Source: Candidatus Krakonobacterium acarorum (GTDB lineage: Bacteria > Bacteroidota > Bacteroidia > SolTP2). Taken from it: 64,000 nt of DNA. The notes under the pieces were generated by a model that was given only the letters and a program-made list of their open reading frames with translations, was not told the DNA's origin and ran no database searches. The stretch covers positions 329,646-393,645 of the forward strand of contig JBNOKO010000001.1 in assembly GCA_050311575.1 (NCBI GenBank), written 5' to 3'. Within the stretch, counting starts at the first letter, position 1. Each line of letters starts with the position of its first letter. Both the position numbers and the translations under genes were made by a program. Positions 47,637 to 57,333 of the stretch are shown piece after piece.

Positions 47637-48404
47637 ATGAGATCTATAAAAACTGTTTTTATAACAGGTGCTAGCTCAGGTATAGGAAGGGCATGCGCGG
47701 AAATATTTGCAAAAAATAATTATAGTTTAATACTAAATGCCAGACGCAAAAATATTCTTGACGAAATATGCCATGACCTACAAAAAACATATAATACAGA
47801 AATTTTGCCTTTGCCTTTCGATGTCAGTAACTACACTCAGGTAAATGAGCAAATAAAAAACATCCCCCCACAGTGGCGCAATATAGATGTATTAGTTAAC
47901 AATGCTGGTTTAGCTTTAGGTAAGGAACCAATAAGTGAAGGAGACCCTAAGGATTGGGATAAGGTTATAGATACTAATATAAAAGGTTTGATGTACGTGT
48001 CCCGGGAAGTAATACCTATACTTACTGAAAAGAAATCAGGGCATATAATTAATATAGGCTCTATTGCAAGTAAAGACGTTTATTCTGGCGGCAATGTTTA
48101 CTGCGCAACTAAATTTGCAGTGGATGCCCTTACACAATCCATGCGCTACGAATTATTACAGTATAATATTAAAGTTACAGCTATACACCCTGGCAGAACA
48201 CAAACAGAGTTTTCAACCGTAAGGTTTAAAGGCGACAAAAATAAAGCTAAAGAACCCTATGCAGGATTTAGACCTATGGATCCGTGCGATGTTGCAGAGA
48301 CTATTTATTATATAGCATCTTTACCTAAGCACGTTAATATTAACGAGCTTATTATTGTGCCTTCTGCTCAGGCTAGTTCTACGTGTTTCAATAGGGTTTT
48401 ATAG
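47637..48404 (+). CDS. Classical SDR oxidoreductase (YdfG-like NADP-dependent)
   Basis: TGASSGIG, LVNNAGLALG, NIGSIA, YCATK, PGRTQTEFS. Confidence 0.9.
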   Translation: MRSIKTVFITGASSGIGRACAEIFAKNNYSLILNARRKNILDEICHDLQKTYNTEILPLPFDVSNYTQVNEQIKNIPPQWRNIDVLVNNAGLALGKEPISEGDPKDWDKVIDTNIKGLMYVSREVIPILTEKKSGHIINIGSIASKDVYSGGNVYCATKFAVDALTQSMRYELLQYNIKVTAIHPGRTQTEFSTVRFKGDKNKAKEPYAGFRPMDPCDVAETIYYIASLPKHVNINELIIVPSAQASSTCFNRVL

Positions 48405-48422
48405 AAGGGGTAAAGTATATTT

Positions 48423-49151
48423 ATGTTTATGGGAGTCATTTTTATGATAGAAGCCTTTGTTTATGGCCTATCAGGCGCTATACATTGTTTGGGTATGTGC
48501 GGGCCGTTGGCATTATGGATTCCTACTGATAAAACATCTAAGTTTAGACAATTGCTAGGTATTGTTATATATAGTCTTGGTCGGATAGTATCATATACTT
48601 TTATTGGCTTAGTAGTAGGGATGGTAGGCGTAGCATTTAAAGTAATAGGCTTTCAAGACGTCTTATCTATAGCTTCTGGCATAATATTGATTTTAATGTC
48701 ATTTACGTTCACTAAAAAAGTATTAAGTTTAAAATTACCTTTTATAAATAAAGTATACGTAGTTATAAAGCGTAGCTTTGATTATGTGTTGTTAAGAATA
48801 AAAAATAATAACCATAAGCTATTTTTTATTGGTGTAATTAATGGATTTTTACCGTGTGGGTTTCTATATTTTGCCGTTATAACTGCTACTGCTTTAGGTG
48901 TTATTTGGGAAAGTGTTTTCTATATGATTGCTTTTGGCCTAGGAACTATACCGGTATTTATGCTATTGTCATTCTTAAAATCATTTATAAACGTAAAGTA
49001 TAATAGATTTTTACAATTTATTCTTCCAATTATTACTATAATAATTGGAATTATATTAATTTTACGTGGTCTAAATCTCGGTATACCAATGATCAGCCCA
49101 GGACTTAATAAAATCATTGACGGCCACCAGAATCATATGCATTGCCATTAA
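48423..49151 (+). CDS. DsbD_2 / TauE-SafE-like membrane protein (cbb3 oxidase maturation-associated family)
   Basis: HCLGMCGPL, GRIVSY, NGFLPCG, FGLGTIP; multiple TM helices. Confidence 0.8.
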   Translation: MFMGVIFMIEAFVYGLSGAIHCLGMCGPLALWIPTDKTSKFRQLLGIVIYSLGRIVSYTFIGLVVGMVGVAFKVIGFQDVLSIASGIILILMSFTFTKKVLSLKLPFINKVYVVIKRSFDYVLLRIKNNNHKLFFIGVINGFLPCGFLYFAVITATALGVIWESVFYMIAFGLGTIPVFMLLSFLKSFINVKYNRFLQFILPIITIIIGIILILRGLNLGIPMISPGLNKIIDGHQNHMHCH

Positions 49152-49735
49152 TGTTAAAGGTAGGTTTAACAGGCGGTATAGGTGCAGGAAAAACTACTGT
49201 AGCAAAAATTTTTATGTCTTTAGGGGTTCCTGTATTTTTTTCTGATGTAGTTGCAAAAAAATTGCAAACAATAGATTTAAAGGTAATATACTTACTAAAA
49301 GAGGCTTTTGGTTCGCATATTTATCGGGATGACGGCTCTGTAAATTCTAAATTATTAGCTGATCAGGTATTTAAAAATGCAAAAAAACTTGAGACCTTAA
49401 ATAATATCGTGCACCCTTTTGTTATTGATAATTTCGATAAATGGATTTTAAACCAAAGCGCTAAATATGTTATTAAGGAAAGCGCCTTGCCATTTTCTAT
49501 AGGTAAATATAATTTAAAAAACGACATTAATATATTGGTAAGCGCTAGAAAAGATATTCGTATAGAAAGGGTGAAAAAGAGAAATAAGCTAACATACGAG
49601 GAAATTATAAATCGTATAGATAGTCAAATAAATTTCGAGGATTATATTAACTTTGCTGACTTTATAATTTATAATAATAAGGAAGCTTTAATACCACAAG
49701 TTATGAATATTCATAATACTATTATAAGTAAATAG
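49151..49735 (+). CDS. coaE: Dephospho-CoA kinase
   Basis: VGLTGGIGAGKT, LNNIVHP, RIERVKKR; TAATG coupling to the upstream gene. Confidence 0.93.
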   Translation: MLKVGLTGGIGAGKTTVAKIFMSLGVPVFFSDVVAKKLQTIDLKVIYLLKEAFGSHIYRDDGSVNSKLLADQVFKNAKKLETLNNIVHPFVIDNFDKWILNQSAKYVIKESALPFSIGKYNLKNDINILVSARKDIRIERVKKRNKLTYEEIINRIDSQINFEDYINFADFIIYNNKEALIPQVMNIHNTIISK

Positions 49736-49802
49736 CATTTGTTAGCCTATTTTTTATAATAGTCAAATAAATTATCGTGTTATTAAACGAAAAAATTAAA
49801 AT

Positions 49803-50246
49803 ATGCAATTAGAGGTTTACTTAAACTTTGATAATGGAAATTGTCAAGAAGCTCTTGACTTTTATCAAAATGCTTTGAATGGAAATGTGACTACAGTAGT
49901 TAGAGCAAGTGATATGAAAGTATCACCGCACGACATAGGTATGTCCGAAGAACAGTTTGAAGAATATAAAAATTATATAATACATGCAGTGTTAGAGTTC
50001 GGAGATAATAAATTATATGCTGCAGATATCTTTCCTGGATTTGAGCATCAAAAAGGGAATAATGTTTCTATAACAATACTCTTTGATACTCTTGACGAAC
50101 TAAATGAAATTTATAGCAAGTTGTCGAAAGATTGCAATAAAGTAGTTAAGCCGCTAGCCCCTACAGAATGGGCAGAGCAATTCGGCATGATAATAGATAA
50201 ATATGGTATATCATGGGTTTTCAACTACTACGGAAGTAAAATATAA
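49803..50246 (+). CDS. VOC/glyoxalase family protein, PhnB-like
   Basis: YLNF.GNCQEALDFY, IIHAVL, GNNVSI, WAEQFG...DKYGISW. Confidence 0.85.
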   Translation: MQLEVYLNFDNGNCQEALDFYQNALNGNVTTVVRASDMKVSPHDIGMSEEQFEEYKNYIIHAVLEFGDNKLYAADIFPGFEHQKGNNVSITILFDTLDELNEIYSKLSKDCNKVVKPLAPTEWAEQFGMIIDKYGISWVFNYYGSKI

Positions 50247-50298
50247 AAATCTCTTATAATTTTATCAGTTTTGTATAACTTGAAGAAGTTTGAAGTAT

Positions 50299-50520
50299 CT
50301 ATTCCTGCTTCTTCAATGGTAGAAAATATATGTAAAATATTATAAAGAAAACATGCCCAAAAATTAATGTAAGGACGATATATCCTATATTATTAACATA
50401 TTGGTTTTGTGTGTCACAATCCCCAAACATAAATGTTATTAGAGCAGAACAAAATAGCAATAATACTATTATGATATTAATTGACAATAGCTTTTTTAGA
50501 AGTTTATCTGATCGTGCCAT
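50299..50520 (-). CDS. Small hypothetical two-TM membrane protein
   Basis: 73-aa ORF with ATG fills the gap between two genes; two hydrophobic helices; no family recognised. Confidence 0.5.
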   Translation of the reverse strand: MARSDKLLKKLLSINIIIVLLLFCSALITFMFGDCDTQNQYVNNIGYIVLTLIFGHVFFIIFYIYFLPLKKQE

Positions 50521-50602
50521 TACAATATTGTTTTTTTAGTTAATTTTCGGAAAATATAATTTTATATAAATCAAAACACTTAGTTAAATATCTTTATAGA
50601 CG

Positions 50603-51202
50603 ATGATTCGCAAGACTAAAATAGCAATTTTTGCATCTGCATCAGGGTCCAATACTCAAAAAGTAGTAGAATATTTTGCTAATAACAAATATATAGAAGT
50701 TGCACTAATTTTATGCAATAATAAGGCCGCTTACGTATTAGAAAGAGCAAAAAAATTGAATGTTAAAGCTCTGGTTGTAGAAAAAAAAGATTTCAATAAC
50801 GAAACAATAGTTCCAGAGCTACTCAAGGAACATGACATCAACTTTATAGTTTTAGCTGGCTTTTTTTTAATGATTCCTACGTATTTATTAAAATTATTCA
50901 ATAAAAAAATAGTAAATGTTCACCCTTCTTTATTGCCTAAATTTGGTGGTAAGGGATTTTATGGATCCAATGTACATAAAGCAGTAATAACTGCTAAAGA
51001 AAAAATTTCGGGTATAACAATACATTATGTGGATGAGGGGTTAGATACAGGGGAAATAATTTTCCAAAAAAAATATGTTTTGAAGCATGATGAAACCCAT
51101 GAATCTTTATGTGAAAATATAACCCAATTAGAACATAAATATTACCCTATAGTTATAGAAAAAATTTTAAGAGGTAACATCCGTAATGAATGTGAATTAT
51201 AA
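50603..51202 (+). CDS. purN: Phosphoribosylglycinamide formyltransferase
   Basis: FASASGSN, VLAGF, NVHPSLLPKFGG, TIHYVDEGLDTG, EH. Confidence 0.95.
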   Translation: MIRKTKIAIFASASGSNTQKVVEYFANNKYIEVALILCNNKAAYVLERAKKLNVKALVVEKKDFNNETIVPELLKEHDINFIVLAGFFLMIPTYLLKLFNKKIVNVHPSLLPKFGGKGFYGSNVHKAVITAKEKISGITIHYVDEGLDTGEIIFQKKYVLKHDETHESLCENITQLEHKYYPIVIEKILRGNIRNECEL

Positions 51203-52088
51203 AATCCAAGAATTCATAAATTATATAGCTAATGAAAAACGCTATTCTGGATGTACTATTACTGCATATACAAATGATATAAACCAATTCGTTAAATACG
51301 CTCTTGGATTTGGGTTTAAAAGTATAAATGAAACTAATAGCTCTGTAATTAAAGATTGGTTTATTACTTTATCAGAAAAAGATTATGCGTCTACATCTAT
51401 TGCAAGGAAGATATCAGTTTTAAAAACATACTTAAAATATTTAGAGATATATGAAAATATAAAAATAAGCCCTAAACTAATATTGCATGCACCTAAAAAA
51501 CCTAAACGTTTGGCTTCATATATTTCCCAAAAGGATTTAGATAAAGCATTAAACGATTTTGATATTAGCAATAATAGTGATTACAACCATAAATTATCTA
51601 TAACCTTATTAGAATTTTTATACGCTACCGGCGCCAGATTATCGGAGCTTATAAATATAAAAAATGAAAATATTAACTTATCTAAGAAAGAAGTAAAGAT
51701 ACTGGGAAAAGGCAACAAAGAACGTCTTGTACCTTTAACTGATAATATAGTAAGCTTAATTAAATATTATTGTATTGAAAAAGCTAAAATACTTACTCAG
51801 GAAAATGATTACTTGTTTGTTAATAAAAGTGGCAAACAATTATATCCCATGCTTGTTCGTAGACTGATAAAAATGAGTTTATTACCCGTTAGTGACAAGA
51901 ATAGAACAAATCCACATACTTTACGGCATAGTTTTGCTACCCATCTATTGAATAATGGTGCTAATTTAAACCATATAAAAGAGTTGCTGGGCCATCAGAG
52001 TTTAAGTACGACTCAAAAATACACACATAATACAATAGATATTTTGCAGAAAATACACAAAAATCATCATCCTAGAAATAAGCAATGA
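51186..52088 (+). CDS. xerC: Tyrosine recombinase XerC/XerD (chromosome dimer resolution)
   Basis: YATGARLSEL, GKGNKER, PHTLRHSFATHLL, LLGH, TQKYTH; XerC versus XerD assignment uncertain. Confidence 0.85.
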   Translation: MNVNYKIQEFINYIANEKRYSGCTITAYTNDINQFVKYALGFGFKSINETNSSVIKDWFITLSEKDYASTSIARKISVLKTYLKYLEIYENIKISPKLILHAPKKPKRLASYISQKDLDKALNDFDISNNSDYNHKLSITLLEFLYATGARLSELINIKNENINLSKKEVKILGKGNKERLVPLTDNIVSLIKYYCIEKAKILTQENDYLFVNKSGKQLYPMLVRRLIKMSLLPVSDKNRTNPHTLRHSFATHLLNNGANLNHIKELLGHQSLSTTQKYTHNTIDILQKIHKNHHPRNKQ

Positions 52089-54661
52089 ATTCTTTTATGC
52101 CCCATAAGTTTTTAACTGCAATCGTAATATTTATAGTATTGTTTGGGCAAAAAATGTTTGCTCAAAATACAACTGAAATAAAAGGGAAGATATACGATAT
52201 AATAACGCAAACTCCTTTATCAAATGTTAATGTTCAACTAAATAAAGTCGATAATAATAAGCTTCTCCAAACTGTAGAAACAAATAATAATGGTGAATTT
52301 ATTATCAAAGTTGATTTAAATTCTAAATACGAGTTGATATTTAGTTTAGGTAGTTACAATGATTATACAATAACAATAGATGCTGCGGTAAAACAACCGT
52401 TAACCGTGTATCTTGAACCTAAAACTGTTAATCTGGAATCTGTAACTATAAAAGATAAAATTGACGATAAAGCTTTTTTTATTATGAAAAACGTAATAAA
52501 AAATAAAAGTCTAAACTATAAGATTTCAGCCAAACAGTATAATTACCTTGTATATAACAAAGTAGAAGCTTTCGTTACAGATATAGATTCTATAAAAATA
52601 CAAAATTCGAAGTTAGTACGAGATATAAATCAAATAGTAGAAAAGAACCCTAATCTTAAATATAAAAATAGTTACCTGGTTCCTATATTGTTGTCAGAAA
52701 CTATTAATAAAAAATATATAGACACAGATAATCAATTATCACGTTCAGACTTAGTTAGTTATAATATGTCCGGGATAGGGATAAAAGATGAAGAAACCAT
52801 TGCTCAATTTATGAATTCTGACAATCTGGTCAATGTGAATCTTTCTGAAAATAATATACAGCTTCGTACTAAATATTTTGTTTCTCCGCTTAATGACACC
52901 TGGCAATTAATTTATAATGTGTCTATTAATAAGGATAGTATAGATGTAGATGGGCAAAAGTGTGTAGAGCTATATGTATACCCTAAAAACAAACAGGTAG
53001 CGGCTTTTCATGGGACTATAGTAATTAGATATAAAGACTATGCTTTGATAAGTGCTAATTTAACTATGCCTAACGAAACAGTTATAAATTTTGTTAAAGG
53101 TTTTAGTATATATCAAGATTTTAAAGATACAGGTTATGGTTTAATGCCGCAAAAAACTATAATACAGCTGGAAATGGAATCCGAGCTGACAAACGCTATT
53201 CTTGGTGGAGGTAAACTTATAGTTAAAAACACAAGTATTAACCAAGATTATAAGTTGCAAGATCAGTTTTTGTCAAATAATTTTTATTCTAAAGTTGAAT
53301 CTAATAAAGCATCCAAGATGACGGATAGGAATTATTGGCATCAATATAATTTGACTTCTAAAGATAGTATTGATGATAATTATGCTGTTATAGATAAGAT
53401 AAGGAATATTGGTTTCGTAAAACTTGTTGAAACTTTAAGAGATATTATTTCTTTAGGTTACGTACGCGGAAAGCCATTAGTATTCTATGATATACTGACC
53501 TTTATAGCTTACAATAATATTGAAGGGTTCAGGCCGCAGCTTGGCTTAAGAACTACAAATCTTTTTAATAATAGTCTTATATTGTCCGGGTCTTTAGCCT
53601 ACGGGTTTAATGATAAGAAAGTAAAATGGTCTGGTGAAAGTAAATTAGTGCTTCAAAAAGAACCATATACTACTCTTACTGTAAGTGCTATTCAAGATGT
53701 GGTAAGCACAGCATTAATAGGAGATAATTTGTATTCTTTAAATACTTCTGCGCCCTTGGTTAGCAGGATGTATAAAATTAAATCTAAATTTGGCGATCTT
53801 TATAATAAAAAACCGATGCAGTTAACGAGTTTAGATTTAAATATTGAAAAGCAAATAAATAATAATTTTTCAGGCGAATTTGGGATTAAACAAGCTCATA
53901 TGTTATATGTAGATCGATTTAATGATATAATATATGCCAAAGATCCTTTTAATACTTCAGAACTTATACTACAAGTTAAATATAACCCTGCTAAGCACAT
54001 TAGGAATAACGAAGATCAGGAAATTTCTTTTCAGCGTTTTAGTAACCCTCAAATGCGTTTTTGGATGATATTAGGAAGCCAAAATATATTTACTGAGTCT
54101 GCTAATTATCAGAAAATAAATTTTAACGTTTTTCAACGTAATATAAAAATATGGTTTTTGGGTACTGCAGAATATGATTTTAATATAGGATATATAAATG
54201 GGGTAGTGCCTTATCCTCTATTGAGAACTCATATTGGTAATAGATCAATTTTTTTGTTTAAGCGAGCTCTTTCAACAGTTAACGAGGTTCAGCTGGTTAG
54301 TGATAAGTATGTGTCTTTAAATTATCACCATACATTTAATGCTCCGGTGTTCGACTATGTTCCTATAGTTGCCCAAATTCGTAAATACTTAAGTATAGAT
54401 TTTGTAGGGTCGGCTAGTATAGTGTTAGGATCTATGTCTCAAGCAAATAAGGATCTCCTTAACGATATGGCTAACAGGCCACCGCATTATTTTGGAAATG
54501 GTATATATCCATTAAATATTAATAAGCCTTTCGTAGAGGTTGGATTTGGCTTAACTAACATTTTCAATGTGTTTAGAATAGACATTATTAATAAATTAAC
54601 CTACAGAGATATCCCGGGTGGTTTATGGAATGTAGTTTTATCAGCAGAATTGAATTTTTAA
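52085..54661 (+). CDS. Outer-membrane protein, DUF5686 family with N-terminal carboxypeptidase-regulatory-like domain
   Basis: Signal peptide; IKGKIYD...TPLSNVNV, YNKVE, FVSPL, YNNIEGFR, EVGFGLTNIF, RIDI, C-terminal Phe. Confidence 0.8.
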   Translation: MNSFMPHKFLTAIVIFIVLFGQKMFAQNTTEIKGKIYDIITQTPLSNVNVQLNKVDNNKLLQTVETNNNGEFIIKVDLNSKYELIFSLGSYNDYTITIDAAVKQPLTVYLEPKTVNLESVTIKDKIDDKAFFIMKNVIKNKSLNYKISAKQYNYLVYNKVEAFVTDIDSIKIQNSKLVRDINQIVEKNPNLKYKNSYLVPILLSETINKKYIDTDNQLSRSDLVSYNMSGIGIKDEETIAQFMNSDNLVNVNLSENNIQLRTKYFVSPLNDTWQLIYNVSINKDSIDVDGQKCVELYVYPKNKQVAAFHGTIVIRYKDYALISANLTMPNETVINFVKGFSIYQDFKDTGYGLMPQKTIIQLEMESELTNAILGGGKLIVKNTSINQDYKLQDQFLSNNFYSKVESNKASKMTDRNYWHQYNLTSKDSIDDNYAVIDKIRNIGFVKLVETLRDIISLGYVRGKPLVFYDILTFIAYNNIEGFRPQLGLRTTNLFNNSLILSGSLAYGFNDKKVKWSGESKLVLQKEPYTTLTVSAIQDVVSTALIGDNLYSLNTSAPLVSRMYKIKSKFGDLYNKKPMQLTSLDLNIEKQINNNFSGEFGIKQAHMLYVDRFNDIIYAKDPFNTSELILQVKYNPAKHIRNNEDQEISFQRFSNPQMRFWMILGSQNIFTESANYQKINFNVFQRNIKIWFLGTAEYDFNIGYINGVVPYPLLRTHIGNRSIFLFKRALSTVNEVQLVSDKYVSLNYHHTFNAPVFDYVPIVAQIRKYLSIDFVGSASIVLGSMSQANKDLLNDMANRPPHYFGNGIYPLNINKPFVEVGFGLTNIFNVFRIDIINKLTYRDIPGGLWNVVLSAELNF

Positions 54662-54665
54662 TTAA

Positions 54666-55619
54666 TTATTTATTTATTTCTTTTACTACTCCCATATTAG
54701 AAAATTTATTTATTCTAGATTCAACTAAGTTTTTTTTTGAATATTTAGATAATGCTGCAATATCTGATAATATTTGCCGTTTTACTACCATCGCTATAGC
54801 CTCAGGATCGTTATGAGCTCCAGCAAATGGCTCTTCTATTATACCGTCTATAAGTTTGTTTTGATACATATCTTCTGCACTTAATTTTAAAGATTCAGCG
54901 GCTGATATTTTATGATCCCAGTTCCGCCATAGTATCGACGAACATGATTCCGGAGAAATTACAGAGTACCATGTATAAGATAGCATGTATGATTTGTCGC
55001 TAACGCTAATTCCTAAAGCACCTCCTGAAGCGCCTTCGCCTATTATAAAACTTATTATAGGGACCTCTAGCTGTGCCATTTCGAATAAATTTCTAGCAAT
55101 AGCTTCACCTTGACCTCTTTCCTCAGCTTCAATGCCTGGATAAGCACCTGGGGTATCTACTAAAGTAACTACAGCTATATTAAATTTTTCAGCGAGTTTC
55201 ATTAGCCGCAATGCTTTTCTGTACCCTTCGGGGTTAGCCATACCAAAATTTCTATATTGCCTGTCTTTAGTATTAATTCCTTTTTGATGTCCTATGATCA
55301 TTATTGGGGTGTTGTCTATATATCCAAACCCTCCTACTATAGCTTTATCATCTCTAAAGTTTCGGTCTCCATGGAGTTCTATAAATTCTGAACACATATA
55401 GTTTATATAATCCAGGGTATATGGGCGCTTAGGATGTCTGGATATCTGTACTTTGTTCCAAGCTGTTAAATTATTATATACCTGGCTTCTAGTACTAGTG
55501 ATTTTCTCTTCTATATCTTTGATAGTAGCAGATACATCTATTTTGGTTTTTCTTGCAATAGAATGTATTTTTTCTAACTCGTCTTCCAGTTCTTTTATTG
55601 GTTTTTCGAAATCAAACAT
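54666..55619 (-). CDS. accA: Acetyl-CoA carboxylase carboxyltransferase alpha subunit
   Basis: [52 protein letters not shown]. Confidence 0.97.
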   Translation of the reverse strand: MFDFEKPIKELEDELEKIHSIARKTKIDVSATIKDIEEKITSTRSQVYNNLTAWNKVQISRHPKRPYTLDYINYMCSEFIELHGDRNFRDDKAIVGGFGYIDNTPIMIIGHQKGINTKDRQYRNFGMANPEGYRKALRLMKLAEKFNIAVVTLVDTPGAYPGIEAEERGQGEAIARNLFEMAQLEVPIISFIIGEGASGGALGISVSDKSYMLSYTWYSVISPESCSSILWRNWDHKISAAESLKLSAEDMYQNKLIDGIIEEPFAGAHNDPEAIAMVVKRQILSDIAALSKYSKKNLVESRINKFSNMGVVKEINK

Positions 55620-55737
55620 TATGTGAATAATTTTATATCGTTCTTAGCTATAAGTTAGTATTTAATAGCATAAATATTTATACCTTAAATATAAGAAAAA
55701 ATAGCAATTTTATATTTTTAGTAATATATATTTTTAG

Positions 55738-55745
55738 TAAGTTTG
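55738..55745 (+). promoter_or_regulatory. Bacteroidota -7 promoter element TAAGTTTG(C) for the tRNA pair
   Basis: Exact TAnnTTTGC 27 bp upstream of tRNA-Asn. Confidence 0.75.
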
Positions 55746-55772
55746 CATTGTTAGTTAACAAACTTATATTAT

Positions 55773-55846
55773 TCCTCAGTAGCTCAGTCGGTTAGAGCAT
55801 CTGACTGTTAATCAGAGGGTCACTGGTTCGAGTCCAGTCTGAGGAG
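55773..55846 (+). tRNA. tRNA-Asn (GTT)
   Basis: Acceptor TCCTCAG/CTGAGGA, D-arm, anticodon stem TCTGA/TCAGA with loop CTGTTAA, GGTTCGAGTCC T-arm; CCA not encoded. Confidence 0.97.
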
Positions 55847-55893
55847 CCTTTTGGAGAATATATTATTTTCCGCTTCATGTTTGTTGTTATGTT

Positions 55894-55975
55894 GCGGAAG
55901 TGGCGTAATTGGTAGCCGCACCAGATTTAGGATCTGGCGCCGCAAGGCGTGAGGGTTCGAGTCCCTCCTTCCGCA
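55894..55975 (+). tRNA. tRNA-Leu (TAG)
   Basis: Acceptor GCGGAAG/CTTCCGC, anticodon stem CCAGA/TCTGG with loop TTTAGGA, long variable arm, GGTTCGAGTCC T-arm. Confidence 0.97.
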
Positions 55976-55977
55976 CT

Positions 55978-56427
55978 TTATTTATATAAGAAAAAATCAT
56001 TTTTGCCTCTGGTCGTTAGAGATAGATAGTAGTTTTCTTTCTCTTTCATTATTGCCTGGTCACTATCAGTTTTATCATTATAACCGACTAAGTGCAATAC
56101 ACCATGGTATATTACTCGTAAAATTTCATTACTAATAGTTTCTTTTAATATAGATGCATTGTCGATTAATCTATCGATGCTTATAAAAATATCCGCATCT
56201 AAAATTTTATTCTTCGTAGAATTGTTAAAAGTGATAATGTCTGTATAGTAATCGTGGTTTAAGTAGGTTATATTAATATTAAGCAAATAATTATCCGAAC
56301 AAAATATATAATTTATTTCTCCGGTTTTAAAATAGTGATCGCTAATAATAGTTTTTATGTAGCTTTTCAGTAAGGTTTTATTAGTAATATGGAAATTTTT
56401 AATATCTTCTTTAAAAAATCTGATCAT
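55978..56427 (-). CDS. ybeY: rRNA maturation endoribonuclease YbeY
   Basis: LNHDYYTDIITF, DIFISIDR, HGVLHLVGY. Confidence 0.93.
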   Translation of the reverse strand: MIRFFKEDIKNFHITNKTLLKSYIKTIISDHYFKTGEINYIFCSDNYLLNINITYLNHDYYTDIITFNNSTKNKILDADIFISIDRLIDNASILKETISNEILRVIYHGVLHLVGYNDKTDSDQAIMKEKENYYLSLTTRGKNDFFLYK

Positions 56428-56873
56428 GTATCGTTGTTTATAGATATTATAATAGCATTGCCTAACTTATTAAAGCTTAAGTTACTAGATAGTTTCTTAA
56501 TTATGAATAAACCTCTTTCCTTGATTGTATGAATATTCTCGTCAAAGCTTTCTTGTAGTATATATGCTGGATTAAAACCTAAGCCTTCGTCTGTTATCTT
56601 TATGGTAATGTCTTTGTTGCTAATGTCTATATTTATAGTCACTCTTTTATTTGGCTCAAGTTTATTTCCATGTATTATAGCGTTATTTACAGCCTCGTTA
56701 AGTATTACATCCATTTTTATAAATGTTTCTTCATTAATACGGTGTATTTTTTGTATTTTTTCAAGAAAAAGATCAACGGTTGAAAGTCTATCTATACTAG
56801 ATGGTATTTCTAAGTAATAAGAATGCAAGTTCTTAATGTTTATAGTATCGATTTTTTTCATACTTGCTAACAT
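56424..56873 (-). CDS. RsbW-like HATPase (anti-sigma factor-type ATP-binding protein)
   Basis: EAVNNAIIHGN (N-box), ITDEGLGF (G1 box), RGLFII; start 56873 or 56861. Confidence 0.82.
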   Translation of the reverse strand: MLASMKKIDTINIKNLHSYYLEIPSSIDRLSTVDLFLEKIQKIHRINEETFIKMDVILNEAVNNAIIHGNKLEPNKRVTINIDISNKDITIKITDEGLGFNPAYILQESFDENIHTIKERGLFIIKKLSSNLSFNKLGNAIIISINNDT

Positions 56874-57205
56874 ATAAAGTATGAATTTATTTTTTTTAGT
56901 TTTACTTTGTTTGGACTATGTGTATGTTTAAGCATAAATATTTTATGGGGAATCCTTTGAGACGAACCACGATAATTGAATAAATATTTGTTTATAATAA
57001 TTTCAAATACTAAACCTAAGCCAAATCCTATTAAAAATAAATCTAAAGCACTTTGTACAGTTGTATACTTTAAGTTATATTTTATGCATTTTGTTGTATA
57101 TACAATTAATATAGCGTAGCAAAATATTGTAATACTATAAGTAGATAACCTAAAAAGATATAAATATGGAGGCTTATTTTTATTGGTTTGAGTTTTGTAA
57201 GGCAT
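56867..57205 (-). CDS. Hypothetical two-TM membrane protein
   Basis: 112-aa ORF that fills the gap and overlaps the next gene; two hydrophobic segments; no family recognised. Confidence 0.4.
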   Translation of the reverse strand: MPYKTQTNKNKPPYLYLFRLSTYSITIFCYAILIVYTTKCIKYNLKYTTVQSALDLFLIGFGLGLVFEIIINKYLFNYRGSSQRIPHKIFMLKHTHSPNKVKLKKINSYFIC

Positions 57206-57333
57206 CTTATTACTTGTATTTTAGTTGATGATTCTGTTATAAAAGCTAATTATGTAAATAATATAATTGCAATTACAATAGATTGTCTCGTTAAAAATAT
57301 AAGTTTTATAAAAAATAATCAAGAAAAATAATT

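Noticed and set aside
51186-52088. Tyrosine recombinase as a prophage or ICE integrase
   Set aside because: Size and motifs fit housekeeping XerC/D; there is no adjacent cargo, att repeat or tRNA target
55853-55899. Small hairpin GGAGAATA/TATTTTCC and a TTCCGC match to the tRNA-Leu 5' end in the inter-tRNA spacer
   Set aside because: Short and weak, with a 3-nt loop; at most an ordinary processing structure
55773-55977. tRNA pair as the insertion site of a genomic island
   Set aside because: The flanks are core genes (accA, ybeY) and I found no duplicated tRNA 3' end
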